From: Eledone cirrhosa
Lineage: Eukaryota
Assembly (NCBI GenBank): GCA_964016885.1
Contig: OZ024743.1
Location: forward strand, 350,362,001-350,426,000
DNA length: 64,000 bases
Direction: 5' to 3'
Notes under the pieces: model-generated
Seen by the model: only the letters and a program-made list of their open reading frames with translations
Database searches by the model: none
What the model was told of the DNA's origin: nothing
Part shown: positions 49,094 to 63,852 of the stretch, piece by piece
Numbering within the stretch: the first letter of the stretch is position 1
Layout of the letters: each line of letters starts with the position of its first letter
Program-made: the position numbers and the translations under genes

Positions 49094-49274
49094 GTCGGAC
49101 GCCATGCTTTGACGCAAAGAGTTACGGCCCTTTCTATTCTGAGTTCAAATCCCGCCGAGGTAGGTAAACTTTGCCTTTCATCCTTACGGGATCGATAAAA
49201 TAAAGTACCAGTAACACACTGGGATAATTGCTGGCCTTGTGCCAAAAGTAGAAACAATTATTATTATTATTATT
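49094..49274 (+). mobile_element. SINE (slightly 5'-truncated) with (TTA)n tail
   Basis: Same family. The tail directly abuts Tx1 A3. Confidence 0.9.
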
Positions 49275-52200
49275 GGCGACCTACGTAGGAAATCGTATTA
49301 TCGTGGGCTCCGCAAAGGTTTGTTGTTTTCAGTTGTTTCAAATTGCCAGTTATGGAAAAATGTTGTTGTTAAGTGTTTATAAGTTCACATTTATTGCTTT
49401 CTGAAAAGGACAGTAAATAATATTGGGGCCTTGAACCCAAAATTTAAACTTTTATAATTATCAAACAAAAACTTTCTTTGAAAAAACCTGCACGGCTCTC
49501 AGCCACACAAAGCTGACAGCCTTTCTAACAAACTAACACCTCAGACCAACACCACCATTTTAAACATTACTACGGTTGCCAACACTAAAAATATAAGCAG
49601 TGGCAATAATTTAAATTTGTCAGATGCAGGCATTCATTTCCCGCCATTAACAATAACTGCAGGTGTTAAAGCCGCCACCCCCACCCCCACCACAGTGACA
49701 ACAGAAACAAAAAAAAAATTATTATCTCGTGACAATGAAATGGATTCACCCAGAATCGACTCTTCTACGCCGAACACCACTGACACCACCATCACCACCA
49801 CAACTGAAACTAAAAATAACAATAACAAAAATAACAATAACAACAACAGCAACAACAACAACAACAATGAGAATAACAACAACATCAACACCAGCTCAAA
49901 ACAAAATGTGTCGTTTGCCAAAGCAGCCAAGAAAAGCGAAACAATCGAGGTAAGCCAGGATGAATTAAATGAAGCCAAGAGATTGGTAAAAAAAGATGGG
50001 TACAGGGTCAGCCTCCGCCACCCCCACCCCTCTATTATAATAAAATGGAACATCGGCGCCTATGCACCGTGTCATATCGGACGATAAACACAAAATCACG
50101 CCGAGTGGAACGGGCATCCGAGTCCCAGATACAAAAAGCTTTGGGACATGTGAGGGCGAATAAACCCCACATCAGACGTGGGCAGAAATATGGATCCGTG
50201 GACGTGTTCTTTGGAACCCCACAGGAAGCCAGAGAGCTCTCCATGGTCCCATTAAGAAGTGACGAGTTAACACTCGTCCCAAGATATTGTGGTCAGAGAC
50301 TCATAAAGATCAGGGTGACCCACGTTCCGCCGGCCATCGAAATTCCTTATCTAATGGCTGCCGCCCTCACCGGCATCGAGGCCAACACGAAAATAATTGC
50401 GGTAACAAAAGAAAAGCAGGAGAACTGGTCCGGATCTGGGATGGAGCTCCTGATCCAAGCGGACCAAAAAACATTTAGGAAATTCCAGAGGTGATAGACC
50501 TCAATGACGGCAGCCACCTCACCGTAATCATTGAGGGTAAAAGGTCTAGGTGTCGCGTTTGTGGCGAAGGAACCCACCTAAAGGCTTCTGCCCTCAGGCT
50601 AAAAAGTTGAGGCTACCTCTCCTACCCACCCCAGTGACTCAACCATCAAAACCACTAGCAGCAGAAGTGGCAGCAACAACAGAAGCAATTGTAGCAGCAA
50701 CAACCCCAGCAACAGTAGCAAATCCAACACCACCACCACCCACCGCGCCAGAATTAGCAACAGCGCCTCCACTATCCACCACGCCACAACCAAAACCAAC
50801 GCCTGTGGGGGATTTTCCACTCCCCGACCTATCCCAACTTGAGACAGATTGTGACGACGAGGAGGAGAGGGTAACGGCGTCAGTAAAAAATAAAAAAAAT
50901 GAAAAGAACCCCAAAAAAGAAAAAATCCTCTTCCTTCGCCCTCCAAAAACAAAATGCAGGGGGAAACAAATAAGCAAACAAACAAAAAAGTTAAGACAGC
51001 TATGCCACCACCCACACCAGCATCACCAGCCTTATCACTACAAACACCAACACCATCACCATCATTAACCCGACAACCACCATCACCAACACCACAAAAA
51101 ATCACAAAAAAGCGAAACAGAATCAAACCCACAACAAACGCAAACAAACCAAAACTACACAGCAATAAATTTGAACAACCAATTATTACACTGCATCCAA
51201 CACAACACCAGTATCACAGAAAAATACGAAACAACACCCCAAATATTCAAACCACCTCCACACATACAAATCACTCGCATCACACAGAAAATGTACACGA
51301 CACTAAAACAAAAATTCCACAAGGACATCGAAGACTTCCAACAAACACTCTCCAGGAGTATTTATAAGGACATCCTTCCGGAGGAGGCCACGAGCAGTGA
51401 GAAGGATGGAGAAACCTTCCTTCCTCTACAAGAAGTGAGGTAAGTAGTCTTTCCCATCTTTTTCCAATCTTTTTCAACATGACCTCACTCAGAATAGGGA
51501 GCATAAATGCCTGTGACCTGGGGTCATCATGGAAGCAGAGTCACCTGCTCAACGACCTTAGGTCACTAAACATAGATGTGTTGGCCATCAGCGAGACCAG
51601 AATCTCCGAAGCACGAGCCTTCGCACCGATCTTCGGCGGCTACGATGTGTACGCATCTCCCAGCCGTCCTTGGTCGGGGGTGGGTGGGGGGAGTTGCTGT
51701 GCTTTTACGGAGAGGTTTGGATCTCGCCATACGGGCCATCTTCCTGTACCCAGAAGGTAAGTTGGTGGTGCTAGAGGTGACCAGCGGAGACGGGTAAGCT
51801 TTCAGGCTAGTGGCCGTCTATGCCCAACAAGAGCAGGGCTGCATGGTTTCTTCCGACGTCTGGAGACCTTTCTTGTTAGTGGGCGTCTGGACACCTTTAG
51901 TGTTAGTGGGCGACTGGAACGGGATCTTATATGCACGCTGGGACTGTGTGGGATTATCGGATAGGGGAGGAGGGTGTAAAATCCTCGCAAACCTGCTCAG
52001 ACGGTTTCAACTGTCTGACAGGTAGCGTCTGGATATCCCGAATGTGCCAATGTGGACTTGGACAAACCGCATCGGGTCATCCAGATCATATCTAGATAGG
52101 GTATTTTGTAGGGAAATAGATAGGTCTAGCATAGGCTGTTCACATTTCAAAATAGTCGACTACACGGACCACAAATTCGTGATCTGTGAGGATGACTTAG

Positions 52201-55016
52201 ATAGGCTTCATAGACAGGGACCCGGCTACTGGAAGCTAAACGCGTCATTAACATCGCACATGGCCTACAGCGACCGAATAAATGAACTAGTTAAGCGGGA
52301 GTTGATGGGAGCTATCGTCAACAGCAAGTGGTGGTTTGCTCTGAAAACAACGATTAGAATAGAGTCCATTAGGTTTAGTAAGGCTTTAGCAATAGAGAAA
52401 AATAGAGCAGAGGGAGAACTAGTTACAAAAATTAAACGAGGCACTTAGCAAAGGCATCGCGACCGACGTACTTGCGGCCAATTGGCCCTTGACCAATTCT
52501 TCAATGCAAAGAACGAAGGCTGCGTTGTCAGAACTAGGGTGCGTGCTTTCAGATACGAGGGGACGAAAGCCGTTCAATGGGCCAGAGTGGCGGAGGCGCG
52601 TCTTGGCAACAAAGCCATGATCCGGCCTTTGGTGGACCACGTCGGGCGCATGCTACTCGATCCCGGGCAAATGTTTGAAGCTTTTCAACGACACCTCGCT
52701 CAGCTATTCTGGGGCAGCGGCGACCCGGATCGAGGGATGGACTTTAGTGCCTACCTCGACGGACTGCCGCGGCTCTCGGCCACTGAGGCGGAGTGTTGCG
52801 AAAAGCCGATAACAGCCGCTGAAGTACGGGAAGCAATGACTGGCTGCACAAGAGGAAAATCACCTAGTTTAGATGGTCTGCCCTATGAACTTTACATACA
52901 GATGCCAGACTTGTTCGGAGGCCTCTTGGTGGACGTCGACTGCAACTGGTAACAGAACGGGAGAATTCCCAGCTCCGTGAGACGAGGAGCGGTGGGGCTG
53001 CCGAGAAATGACCCGAACAATGGGGATAATATAGATAATTTTAGGCCCATAACTCTGCTAAACACAGAGTTCAAGATTTTGGCCAAGGTGCTAGCAAAGA
53101 GGTTGGCGCTTGTCGTTGGTGGTCTGGTGGGAGAGTCGCAGACATGCGCCATTCCAGACAGATCCATCTATGACAACCTCCACCTCATCCCACACATCGT
53201 GGAGAGGGTAGCTAGGGAACCTGGCACGGGTGGGTCCTTGATCAATTTAGATCAGTCGAAAGATTTCGATAGAGTCGACCATCGTTATCTGGCGGCAGTC
53301 CTGAGGGCGGCTGGCTTTGGGCCCGTCTTCAGAGGCTGGATCGCTTCCATGCACAGCGACATCTACTCTGTGGTGAGAGTGAACGGTCACCTTTCGGAAC
53401 CGTTCAACATCATGCGCTCGGTCCGCCAAGGATGTTCCCTCTCGTCCCTCTTGTACGTATTGACTCTCGAGCCATTACTGCAGAAACTGGAGACGTTGAC
53501 GGGGGTCACACAAGGATGCGGAAGATCCGTGTCAGCATATGCGGACGATGTCACCGTTGTCGTGTCGAACGCCAAACACATCGAGGCGATCGGCACTAAA
53601 CTAAGAGAATACGAAGCGGTGACAGGAGCAATGATCAACCAGGAAAAGTCGGTGAGCATGCAGCTCGGCACCTGGTGAAGCAGGTCCATGCGGTGGCGCT
53701 GGACGGACAGACCGGTTAAATTGTTAGGGGTCTGGTTCGGTCCGGACCTCCAGACGGACAAAAATTGGGATGAGGTGACGGGCAGGGAGGCTTCTTTCAC
53801 CCAGAAATGGGCAGAGAGGAAGCTATCCCTGAAAGGTCGAGCGGAGGTGGCGAATGCGTACATCGCGTCCGTTATCTACTACCGCCTGACCATCGTGCCT
53901 TGTCCTAACCCTCGCCTAACTGCGCTGGAGAGTTTGCTCTTTCGCTTTTTGTGGAACGATGCGCTCCGATGGTCTGGCGGTCCATTTGCTGTCAACACCC
54001 GCTACGTGGAGGGTTGGGCATGCCGTGGCTGATGATGCGCAGACACGCGCTCAGGCTACGACATCTCCACCTCTTCCTCGACGGAGATCAGGTGTGGTCG
54101 CCGTTTTCTAGACGCGTCTTTCTCCAACTCGTCTCCTTGACGGAGCTGCAGTCCTGGGTCAAGCGAAGATAGAGAGGGATTGACTGGAGAGTGGAATGTC
54201 CTCATGCGCTCACAGCTTTTCACCAATCGGGCATGGGATCGGTGGAAACTCCACCTTGGCGTTCTATAGAGGATTAGTGGAGGGGAAGAGCGACGACATA
54301 CTTGGGGAAACTCTAGGCGTCGACGAAAATCAACTAGCCAATCTCTTCGGAAGAACTTTCGGGCTGGGGCCTATGGACAATTTCCAGAAATCCCTGGCCT
54401 GGCAGTGCTACCGAGAGGCTTTGCCAGTTCGGAATAAACTCTACAGGCATGGAGGTGCCGTCAGCCGGGCATGTCCTAGATGCGCGCAGGGCTACGAAAC
54501 CGTCCTGCACGCACTCGTCCAGTGTCCGAGCATTGCTGACTTGTGGGTTTATGTAACACCTGCTGTCGCGTGTAGGATGGATCCGGCTATTAGCTGAGTC
54601 CATCGTGAGGATTTCCCCACCCTCTGCCTTTAGCCGGGAAGGGCAGGCAGTTTTTATCTATCTGGTGGTCATGGGGAAAGAGATAGTTTGGTGGACGCGA
54701 AAGATGGGTGAGAGAGGCAAGAATGGCCCGTGTGAATGGGCCTACTTTGAGTATGTGCCTGTAAATTGAAGGTGGAAAACTGGGAGAGGGCACTTGCCGT
54801 GGTGGTCAGGGTCACCGTGGCTTTTTTAATGGGCTTTCTCCACGAATGTCCCTCGGAAGTCTCCCCCCTATTGGGGAATTTTTCATTGTTATTTTTTTTG
54901 TTACATCCTCTGTTTTTGTTTTTTACACGCAGAAATGCCCATTTGTACTGTCCTGTATTGTCCTGCACTGTCCTTAATGTCTACGTTATGTAAACCCTTG
55001 TTGTTAATAAAGAAAG

Positions 55017-55017
<1 letters not shown>
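49275..55017 (+). mobile_element. Tx1/L1-like element, variant A, copy A3 (older, many lesions)
   Basis: Same 5' end and 3' UTR as A1. ORF1 ends at 51443 and ORF2 starts at 51479. Confidence 0.93.
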
Positions 55018-55062
<45 letters not shown>

Positions 55063-55068
55063 TTTATT
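55018..55068. repeat. (TTA)n tract between A3 and A4
   Basis: Direct reading. Confidence 0.98.
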
Positions 55069-58000
55069 GGCGACCTACGTAGTAAATCGTATTATCGTTA
55101 GCTCCGCAAAGTTTTGTTATTTTCAGCTGTTTAAAATTGCCATTTATGGAAAAATTTTATTGTTAACTGCATATAAGTGCACATACATTGATTTCTGAAA
55201 AGGACACCCAAAAAGATTGGGACCTTGAGCCCAAAATTTAAACTTTTATAATTATCAAACAAAAAAAAAATTTTTTTTGAAAAATCATGGCCAACTCACA
55301 CCTGAACCAAGTAGCTGAGAGCCTTCCTCACAAACTAACACCTCACACCGACACCACCATTGTAAATAATACTACGGTTGCCAACACTAAAAATATCAGC
55401 AGTAGCAATATTTTAAATTTGTCTCAGGCAGACATTCATTTCCCGCCATTACCAATGAATGCAGGTGTTGAAGACGCCACTCCCACCACCACCACAGCAA
55501 CAACAGAAACAAAAGAAAAAAAAATTATCTCGTGATATCGAAACGAATTCAGCCAAAATGAACTCTTCCACAGCGAACACCACTAACGCCACCACCACCA
55601 CAACTGAAACTAAAATTAACAATAACAAAAATAACGATAACAACAAGAGCAACAATGAGAATAAGAAAAGCCTGTCTTTTGCCAGAGTAGCGAAAAAGTG
55701 CGAAGCATTCCAGGTAACTCAGGAGGAATTAGAAGAAGTCAAAAAAATGGTAAAGAAAGATGGGTATAGGGTCGGCTCCCCCCCCCCACACACACACCTA
55801 ATAAAATGGAGCATCGGCTCCTATGCATCGTGTCTTATCGGACGATTAACATAAAATCGCGCCGAGTGGAACGGGCATCCGAGTCCCAAATTCAAAAAGC
55901 TTTGGGACATGTGTGGGCAAATAAAACCCACATCAGACGTGGGCAGAAATATCGAACCGTGGACATATTCTTTGAAACAACACAGGAGGCCAGAGAACAC
56001 TCCATGGCCCCATTAAGAAGTGACGACTTCACAATCGTCCCAAGCTATTGTGGCCAGAGACTCGTGAAGATCAGGGTGACCCACGTTCCATCGGCCATCG
56101 AAATTCGCTGGCTAATAGCTGCCGTCCTCGCCGGCATCGACGCCAACACCAAGATAATCGAAATAGCGAAGGAAAAGCAGGAGAACTGGTCCGGATCTGG
56201 GATAGAGCTCCTGATCCAAGCGGAGCAAAAAAGCATTGAGGAGATCCCAGAGGTAATAGACCTCACTGTCAGCAGCCTTCTCACCGTAATTGTCGAGAGC
56301 AGAAGGCCGAGGTGTGTCGTTTGTGGTGAAGGAACCCACCTAAGGGCTTTCTGCCCTCAGGTTAAAAGGTTGAGGCCACCTCTCTTACCCACACCAGTGA
56401 CTCAACCATCAACACCACCAGCAGCAGAGATGGCAGCAACAACTGTAGCAGCAACAACAGAAGCAACTGTAACAGCAACAACCCCAGCAACAGTAGCAAA
56501 ACCAACACCACCACCACCAAACGCTCCAGAACTAGCACCAGCGCCTACACAATCCACCACGCCACAACCAAAACCAACGCCTGTGGAGGATTTTCCACTC
56601 CCCGGCCTATCACAACTGGAGACAGATTGTGACGACGAGGAGTGGGAAACGGTATCAGGAAAAAAGAAAAAAAAGAAACCAAAAAAGAAAAAATTCTCTT
56701 CCCTCCACCTCCAAAAACAAAATACAGAGGGAAACAAATAAACTATCAAACAAAAAAGTTAGGACATATATGCCACCATCCACACCAGCATCACCAACCC
56801 CATCCCCACAAACACCAACACCATCACCATCATTAACCCCAACACCACCATCACCTACACCACAAAAGTCACCAAAAAGCGAAACAGAAACATACACACA
56901 ACAAACGCAAACAAAACAAAACAACCAAAACGATACACACTACACAGCATTAAATTTGAACAACAACCAATTAGTACACTACATCCAACACAACACCAGC
57001 ATCACAGAAAAAGACTACACAACAACCCAAAAGTTCACACCACCTCCACACATACAAATCACTCGCATCACACAGAAAACGTACGCGACACTAAAACAAA
57101 AATTCCCCAAAGACATCGGAGACTTCCGACAAACACTCTTCAGGAGGATTTATAAGGACATCCTTGCGGAGGAGGCCACAAGCAGTGAAAAGGATGGAGA
57201 AACCATCCTTCCTCTACGAGAAGTAAGGTAAGTGGTCTTTCCCATCTTTTCCACTCCATTTCAACATGACCTCACTCAGAATAGGCAGCATAAATGCGCG
57301 TGGCTTGGGGTCATCATGGAAGAGAGGGCCACCTGCTCAACGACCTCAGGTGACTAAACATAGATGTAGTGGCCATCAGCGAGACCAGAATCTCCGAAGC
57401 ACGGGCCTTCGCTCCAATCTTCGGCGGCTACGATGTGTACGCATCTCCCAGCCGTCCAGGATCAAGGGGATGAGTTGCTGTGCTTTTTCGGAGAGGTTTG
57501 GATCTCGCCATTCGGGCCATCTTCCTGGACCTAGAAGGTAAATTGGTGGTGCTGGACGTGACCAGCGGAGACGGGCAAGCTTTCAGGCTAGTGGCCGTCT
57601 ATGCCCCGACAGGAGCAGGGCGGCCTGATTTCTTCCGGCGTCTGGAGACCTTTCTTGAAACGTCGCGCTCTTTAGTGTTAGTGGGCGACTGAAACGGGAT
57701 GTTAGATGCACGCTGGGACTGTGTGGGATTAGCGGATAGGGGAGTAGGGTGCAAGAGCCTCACCAACCTGCTCAGGCGTTTTGAACTGTCTGAGAGGTAC
57801 CGATTGGATTTCCCGAATGTGCCAATGTGGACTTAGACAAATCGCATAGGGTCATCCAGATCATATCTAGATAGAGTATTTTGTAGGGAAATAGATAGGT
57901 CTAGCATAGGCTGTCTACAATTCAAGATAGTCAGCTACACGGACCACAAATTCCTGCTTGGTGTGCTTGACTTAGATAGGCACAATAGACGAGGACCCGG

Positions 58001-60827
58001 CTACTGGAAGCTAAACGCGTCCTTACCAGCGCGCAAGGCCTACAGAGACCAGATGAGTGAAGTAGTTAAGCGGGCGTTGACGGGGGCCATCGTGAACAAC
58101 AAGTGGTGGTTTGCTCTGAAAAGAGCGATTAGAATAGAGTCCATTAGATTTAGTAAGGCTTTAGCAATAGAGAAAAATAGAGCAGAGGGAGAACTAGTTA
58201 GAAAATTAGACGATGCGCTTAGCAAAGGCATCGCGACCGACGTACTTGCGGCGAAATTGGCCCTTGACCAATAGTTCAATGAACAGAGCCACGATCCGGC
58301 CTTTGGTGGGCCACGTCAGGCGCATGCTACTCGACCCCGGGTAAATGTGTGAAGCTTTCCAGCGACACTTCGCCCAGCTGTTCGGGAGCAGCGGCGGGCC
58401 GGATCGAGGGATGGACTTTAGTGTCTACCTCGACGGACTGCCGCGGCTCTCGGCCACTGAGGCGGGGTGTTGCGAAAAGCCGATAACAGCCGCTGAAATA
58501 CAGGAGGCAATGACTGGCTGCACAAGGGTAAATCGCCTGGATTGGATGGTCTGCCTTATGAACATTACGTACAGATCCCAGACATGTTCGGAGGCCTCTT
58601 GGCGGACGTCTACTGCAACTGGCAACAGAACGGGAGAATTCCCAGCTCTGTGAGCCGGGGCGCTGTGACGCTGCTGAGAAAGGATCCGAACAAGGGGGAT
58701 AACATAGATAATTTCAGGCCCATAAATCTGCTAAACACAAAGTTCAAGATTTTGGCCAAGGTGCTAGCAAATAGGTTGGCGCTTGTCGTTGGTGGTCTGG
58801 TGGGATAGGCACAGACATGCGCCATTCCCTACAGATCCATACACGACAACCTCCACCTCATGCGATACATCGTAGAGAGGGTAGCTAGGGAACCTGGCAC
58901 GGGTGGGTCTTTGATCAATTTAGATCAGTCGAAAGCCTTCGATAGGGTCGACCATCGTTACCTAGCGGCAGTCCTGAGGGCAGCTGGCTTTAGGCCCGTC
59001 ATCAGAGGCTGGATCGCTGCCATGCACAGCGACATCTGCTCTGTAGTGAGAGTGAACGGTCACCTTTCGGAACCGTTCAACATCATGCGCTCGGTCCGCC
59101 AAGGATGTCCCTCTCGTCCCTATTGTACGTATTGACACTCGAGCCATTACTGCACAAACTGGAGACGTTGAGGGGGGTCCCGCGCGAACTAGGATGCGGA
59201 AGATCCGTGTCAGCATATGCCGACGATGTCACCGTAGTGGTGTCAAACGCCAAACACATCGAGGCGATTCGTACTACACTAAGAGAATACGAAGCGGTGA
59301 CAGGAGCAATGATCAACCAGGAAAAGTCAGTGGGCCTGCAGCTCGGCACCTGGAGAGGCAGATCCTTGCCGTCCAACAGCATCGTCGAGCGCTGGACGGA
59401 CGGACCGGTTAAATTGCTAGGGGTCTGGTTCGGTCCAGACCTCCAGACGGACAAAAACTGGGACGAGGTGACGAGCAGGGTGGCTTCTCTCACCCAGAAA
59501 TGGGCCGAGAGGAAGCTATCCTTGAAAGGTCGAGCGGAGGTGGCTAACGCGTACATCGCGTTCGTCATCTACTACCGCCTGACCGTCGTACCTTGTCCTA
59601 AGCCCTGCCTGACTGCGCTGGAGCGTTTGCTCTTTCGCTTCTTGTGGAAGGGACGCGCTCCGATGGTCAGGCGGTCCATCTGCTGTCAACACCCGCTACG
59701 TGGAGGGCTGGGCATGCCGTGGCTGATGATGCGCAGACACGCGCTCAGGCTACGACATCTCCACCTCTTCCTCGACGGTGATCAAGTGTGGTCGCCGTTT
59801 GCTAGACACGTTTTTCCCCAGCTCGTCTCCTTGACGGAGCTGCAGTCCTGGGTCAAGCGAAGACCGAGAGGGAGCGTTTGGAGACTGGAATGTCTTCAGG
59901 CGCTCACAGCCCTCGACCAATCGGGCAATGTGATCGGTGGAAACTCCACCATGGTGTTCTATATGGGATTAGTGGAGGGTAAGAGCGACGACGTACTTGG
60001 AGAAACTCTAGGCGTCGACGAAAATCAACTAGCCAATCTCTTCGGAAGGACTTTCGGGCCGGGGCCTATGGACAACTTCCAGAAATCGCTGGCCTGGCAG
60101 TGCTACCGGGGAGCTTTGCCAGTTCGGGATAAACTCTACAGGCATGGAGGTGCCGTCAGCCGGGCATGTCCGAGATGCGCACAGGGCGACGAAACCGTCC
60201 TGCACGCACTCGTCCAGTGTCCGAGCATTGCTGACTTGTGGGTTTATGTCGAACACCTGCTGTCACGTGTAGGACGGATCCAGCTATCAGCTGAGTCCAT
60301 CGTGAGGATTTCCCCGCCCTCTTCCTTTATCCGGGAAGGGCAGGAAGTTTTTATCTGTTTGGTGGCCATGGCGAAAGAGATAGTATGGTGGACACGTTTG
60401 AAAGGGCTGAAGACGAGCACTTACCTCTTCGGTGATGCCCTGATTAACTTTTTCAAATTTCATTTGAAAAGGAAAATCAGGGTAGAGAGGGAAGTGCTCT
60501 CTTCCCAGCATTTTGTTTAAAGATGGGTGAGAGAAGCAAGTATGGCCCGAATGAATGGGCCTTCTCTGAGTATGTGTCTGTAAATTAAAGGTGGAAAACT
60601 GGGAGAGGGCATTTGCCCTGGTGGTCAGGGTCACTGTGGTCTTTTAATGGGCTTTCTCTACAAATGTCCCTCGGAAGTCTCCCCCCTATTGGGGAATTTT
60701 TTCTTTGTTATTTTATTACATCCTCTTTTTTTTTTACACGCAGAAATGCCCATTTGTACCGTCCTGTATTGTCCTGTACCGTCCTTAATGTCTACTTTAT
60801 GTAAACCCTTGTGGTTAATAAAGAAAA

Positions 60828-60828
<1 letters not shown>
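55069..60828 (+). mobile_element. Tx1/L1-like element, variant A, copy A4 (disrupted)
   Basis: ORF1 relic 55287-57231 and ORF2 relic from 57266, with a deletion near 58282. AATAAA at ~60817. Confidence 0.94.

Positions 60829-60896
<68 letters not shown>
60829..60896. repeat. (TTA)n tract ending the second array
   Basis: Direct reading. Confidence 0.98.
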
Positions 60897-60897
<1 letters not shown>

Positions 60898-61162
60898 CAT
60901 ATATATAAGGAAAGGAAATTGAAAATGCAACTGGAGTCTTTTAAAAATATTTACCTATTTACTTTACCGGTTTGACAGTTCTTATGATTTTCAAAACTAA
61001 AATAGAGATGGAGGATTTGTGTTCCTGTTGGATAAAGTTCCCAGAACTCCTTGTGGAGTCATAGAGGCACCGTCAAACGACGTTTCAAGGGTTCATTTAA
61101 ACCTGGTCTGAACACGGCCGATTTTTTCTATAGAATCGACCCCATTACTGGACTAGTCCTTC

Positions 61163-61323
<161 letters not shown>

Positions 61324-61874
61324 CACCAACTTTGGTTTAATCAGATTGCAAATCTCTATCACCCAATCGTCGGCACTGTGTAGAGTGACAGCCAGTAACT
61401 TCTAGTAACATCCATTAACTGCTCCCTTCGCCTTTACTCTCTCACAACTGACTGTTGCTGGTTAATCTTATGTGGAACTGCCAACTAATTTAACTACCAC
61501 TATGATGATTTATTTAAAGAGTTGAAGGCTTGTGTAGGACCAATGACACTTAGGATCTGCTGATAGCAAAGGATCAGTGGACATATGTACCACAGGGCTA
61601 CTTGAAAAGCAGTCCTCATGTTTTATCGTTCCAGAATTTAACCTGACTGGTATTTCATCACATAAGAAAATAGCACGTCGTGAGGTTCACTATCTTTGAT
61701 TGGTTTTGTTTTTTCCTCTCGCTAGGTGTCAAATATCACACATGTCCCCCAGCAGGCTTTGTGTGGATGCCAGTTTAGTCTCTGACAACCCGACTATGCC
61801 ATAGGATATACTGAATTATATGTTATCAGGAGTGCTCGAGGGTGACCTAACATACACAAATACTCACAAGCACA

Positions 61875-62270
61875 CATACATACATACATACATACATACA
61901 TACATACATACATACATACATACATACATACATACATACATACATACATACATACATGATGGCTGCAACACGATTTCAAGTAATGCTATCGCTTGATACT
62001 TCGCATGAGCAGCACGGTCGTAGCTTTTTTAGATATGCTAGTGAGTTGCCAGTCATGCTATGCATCGCAAAATATGTTCACATATCAAGCGATGCCTGTG
62101 CTTGAAGAGCAAAAGCTTTGCAGGGAGCAAAACCCACTCAATGAACATCGAATTATTTACCCAAAAAGTAGAAGTGGTCTACAATGTAGACTCTACATCA
62201 TTGGATGCAAACGAAGTCGCAGGTTTTATATCAGAGGGACTTTCTTCTAGAGAGATGTCTTAATGAAGAC
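61875..62270 (-). mobile_element. Decayed 3' end of an RTE-like LINE with (ATGT)n tail
   Basis: (ACAT)n at 61875-61956 is followed by GATGGCTGCAACACGATTTCAAGTA, similar to GGTGGCTGCCAACTCGTTTTCGAGTA at 32592/32933. Confidence 0.55.
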
Positions 62271-62312
62271 TCGGGATCTCTCACTCCACATCCTTTCTCA
62301 AAAAGAAAAAAA

Positions 62313-62512
62313 NNNNNNNNNNNNNNNNNNNNNNNNNNNNNNNNNNNNNNNNNNNNNNNNNNNNNNNNNNNNNNNNNNNNNNNNNNNNNNNNNNNNNNNN
62401 NNNNNNNNNNNNNNNNNNNNNNNNNNNNNNNNNNNNNNNNNNNNNNNNNNNNNNNNNNNNNNNNNNNNNNNNNNNNNNNNNNNNNNNNNNNNNNNNNNNN
62501 NNNNNNNNNNNN
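62313..62512. other. Assembly gap (200 N)
   Basis: Run of N. Confidence 1.
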
Positions 62513-63408
62513 AAGAAAAAAAAAATCTTTATTGGATGGTTGACTCCCCTTTGACAGGTTTCGTTTATCATCCCACAGGATGTCCCAAATCACCCTCCTC
62601 ACCAGACAAGCTTGGTGGGGTTGCCGGTTTAGTTACCGACGACTCGAGAATGCACAGGTTAATTGTTACTTTTGCGTTAAGTCACCCCTAACCCAATAAA
62701 TATGATTAAGGTTTTTCTAGCCATGACCATCACATCCTTTTCAGACAGAGAGTTTCTCAGATTACATTATATAATATGTCCTTCATTTTTTATAGATCGT
62801 GGCCTGTGATGTGAAAGATTTGGCTGTAATTGTAGCAAATCAGGCAACCACGTTGTGTCTTTATCATTTTATTTCGTGTTTTACAGAGGATTGGTGTGTA
62901 ACGGATCAATACAAAGGCATAAAAGCGAAAGGGATGAGAAATAGCATTACCCTTGATGCAAACATGAAGGGGGACAAAATTTATTCAAGCCGATCACGCC
63001 TTTGAATTGAGGTTGGGGCGCCAAAAGTGCCTTTGACCTCGGGCACTGAGAGTTCTTGTCACGCCACTGGCTGAAATACAAAAGAGAAATATAAAAGTAT
63101 CAAATAAGTATCATACAGGATTAAGTCGACTATACGCTACCACTACAACTGGACAATTTTCAATCAAAATGAAAACATATATTTCCTCCAAATATTAGCA
63201 GCCCCCTGTTGTTTTGTGATATGTTATTACAGTCATACCTGGTTTAAGATGGGCCATTACCTAGAACTTTAAACTAAAAACATGGTCTTAAATGTGGAAC
63301 AACTTATGCTAAAAAGAAAAAAAAGCGTATTAGACATAGATGTTTATATTGGATTAAATCAATATTGAATTAGTCTGCAACCAATCCTATCCATTAACTA
63401 ATTATATA

Positions 63409-63520
63409 AAGAAGAAGAAGAAGAAGAAGAAGAAGAAGAAGAAGAAGAAGAAGAAGAAGAAGAAGAAGAAGAAGAAGAAGAAGAAGAAGAAGAAGAAGAA
63501 GAAGAAGAAGAAGAAGAAGA
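63409..63520. repeat. (GAA)n
   Basis: Direct reading. Confidence 0.98.
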
Positions 63521-63724
63521 AACCATCGACTTGTGTGCCTGACTACAGAAATTTATAACTCTGCTGAAAATAACATTTAATTCGTTAAAAGTATTATCTT
63601 AGTAATATATATTGTATGTAATCAATGTCCTGCTACTGCTGAATTATAATTTAAACGTATGTTCATTTTCTCAGCTCCATTTTCATAGTCGATAATATTA
63701 ACTTTCAGTGTATTTCTAATTAAT

Positions 63725-63852
63725 TATTTCTACTTTTTGGCACAAGGCCAGCAATTAACCAGTGTATTACTGGTACTTTATTTTATCGACCCCGTAAGGA
63801 TGACAGGCAAAGTCAATCTCGGCGGGATTTGAACTCAGATCGTTAAGGGACG
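63725..63852 (-). mobile_element. 5'-truncated SINE with 12-bp TSD
   Basis: Same family. TTTCTAATTAAT at 63713-63724 and 63853-63864. Confidence 0.9.

Noticed and set aside
60960-61110. GAAACGTCG and AAACCGGTA motifs on minus resembling hammerhead 3' halves
   Set aside because: No CTGANGA core at a suitable position.
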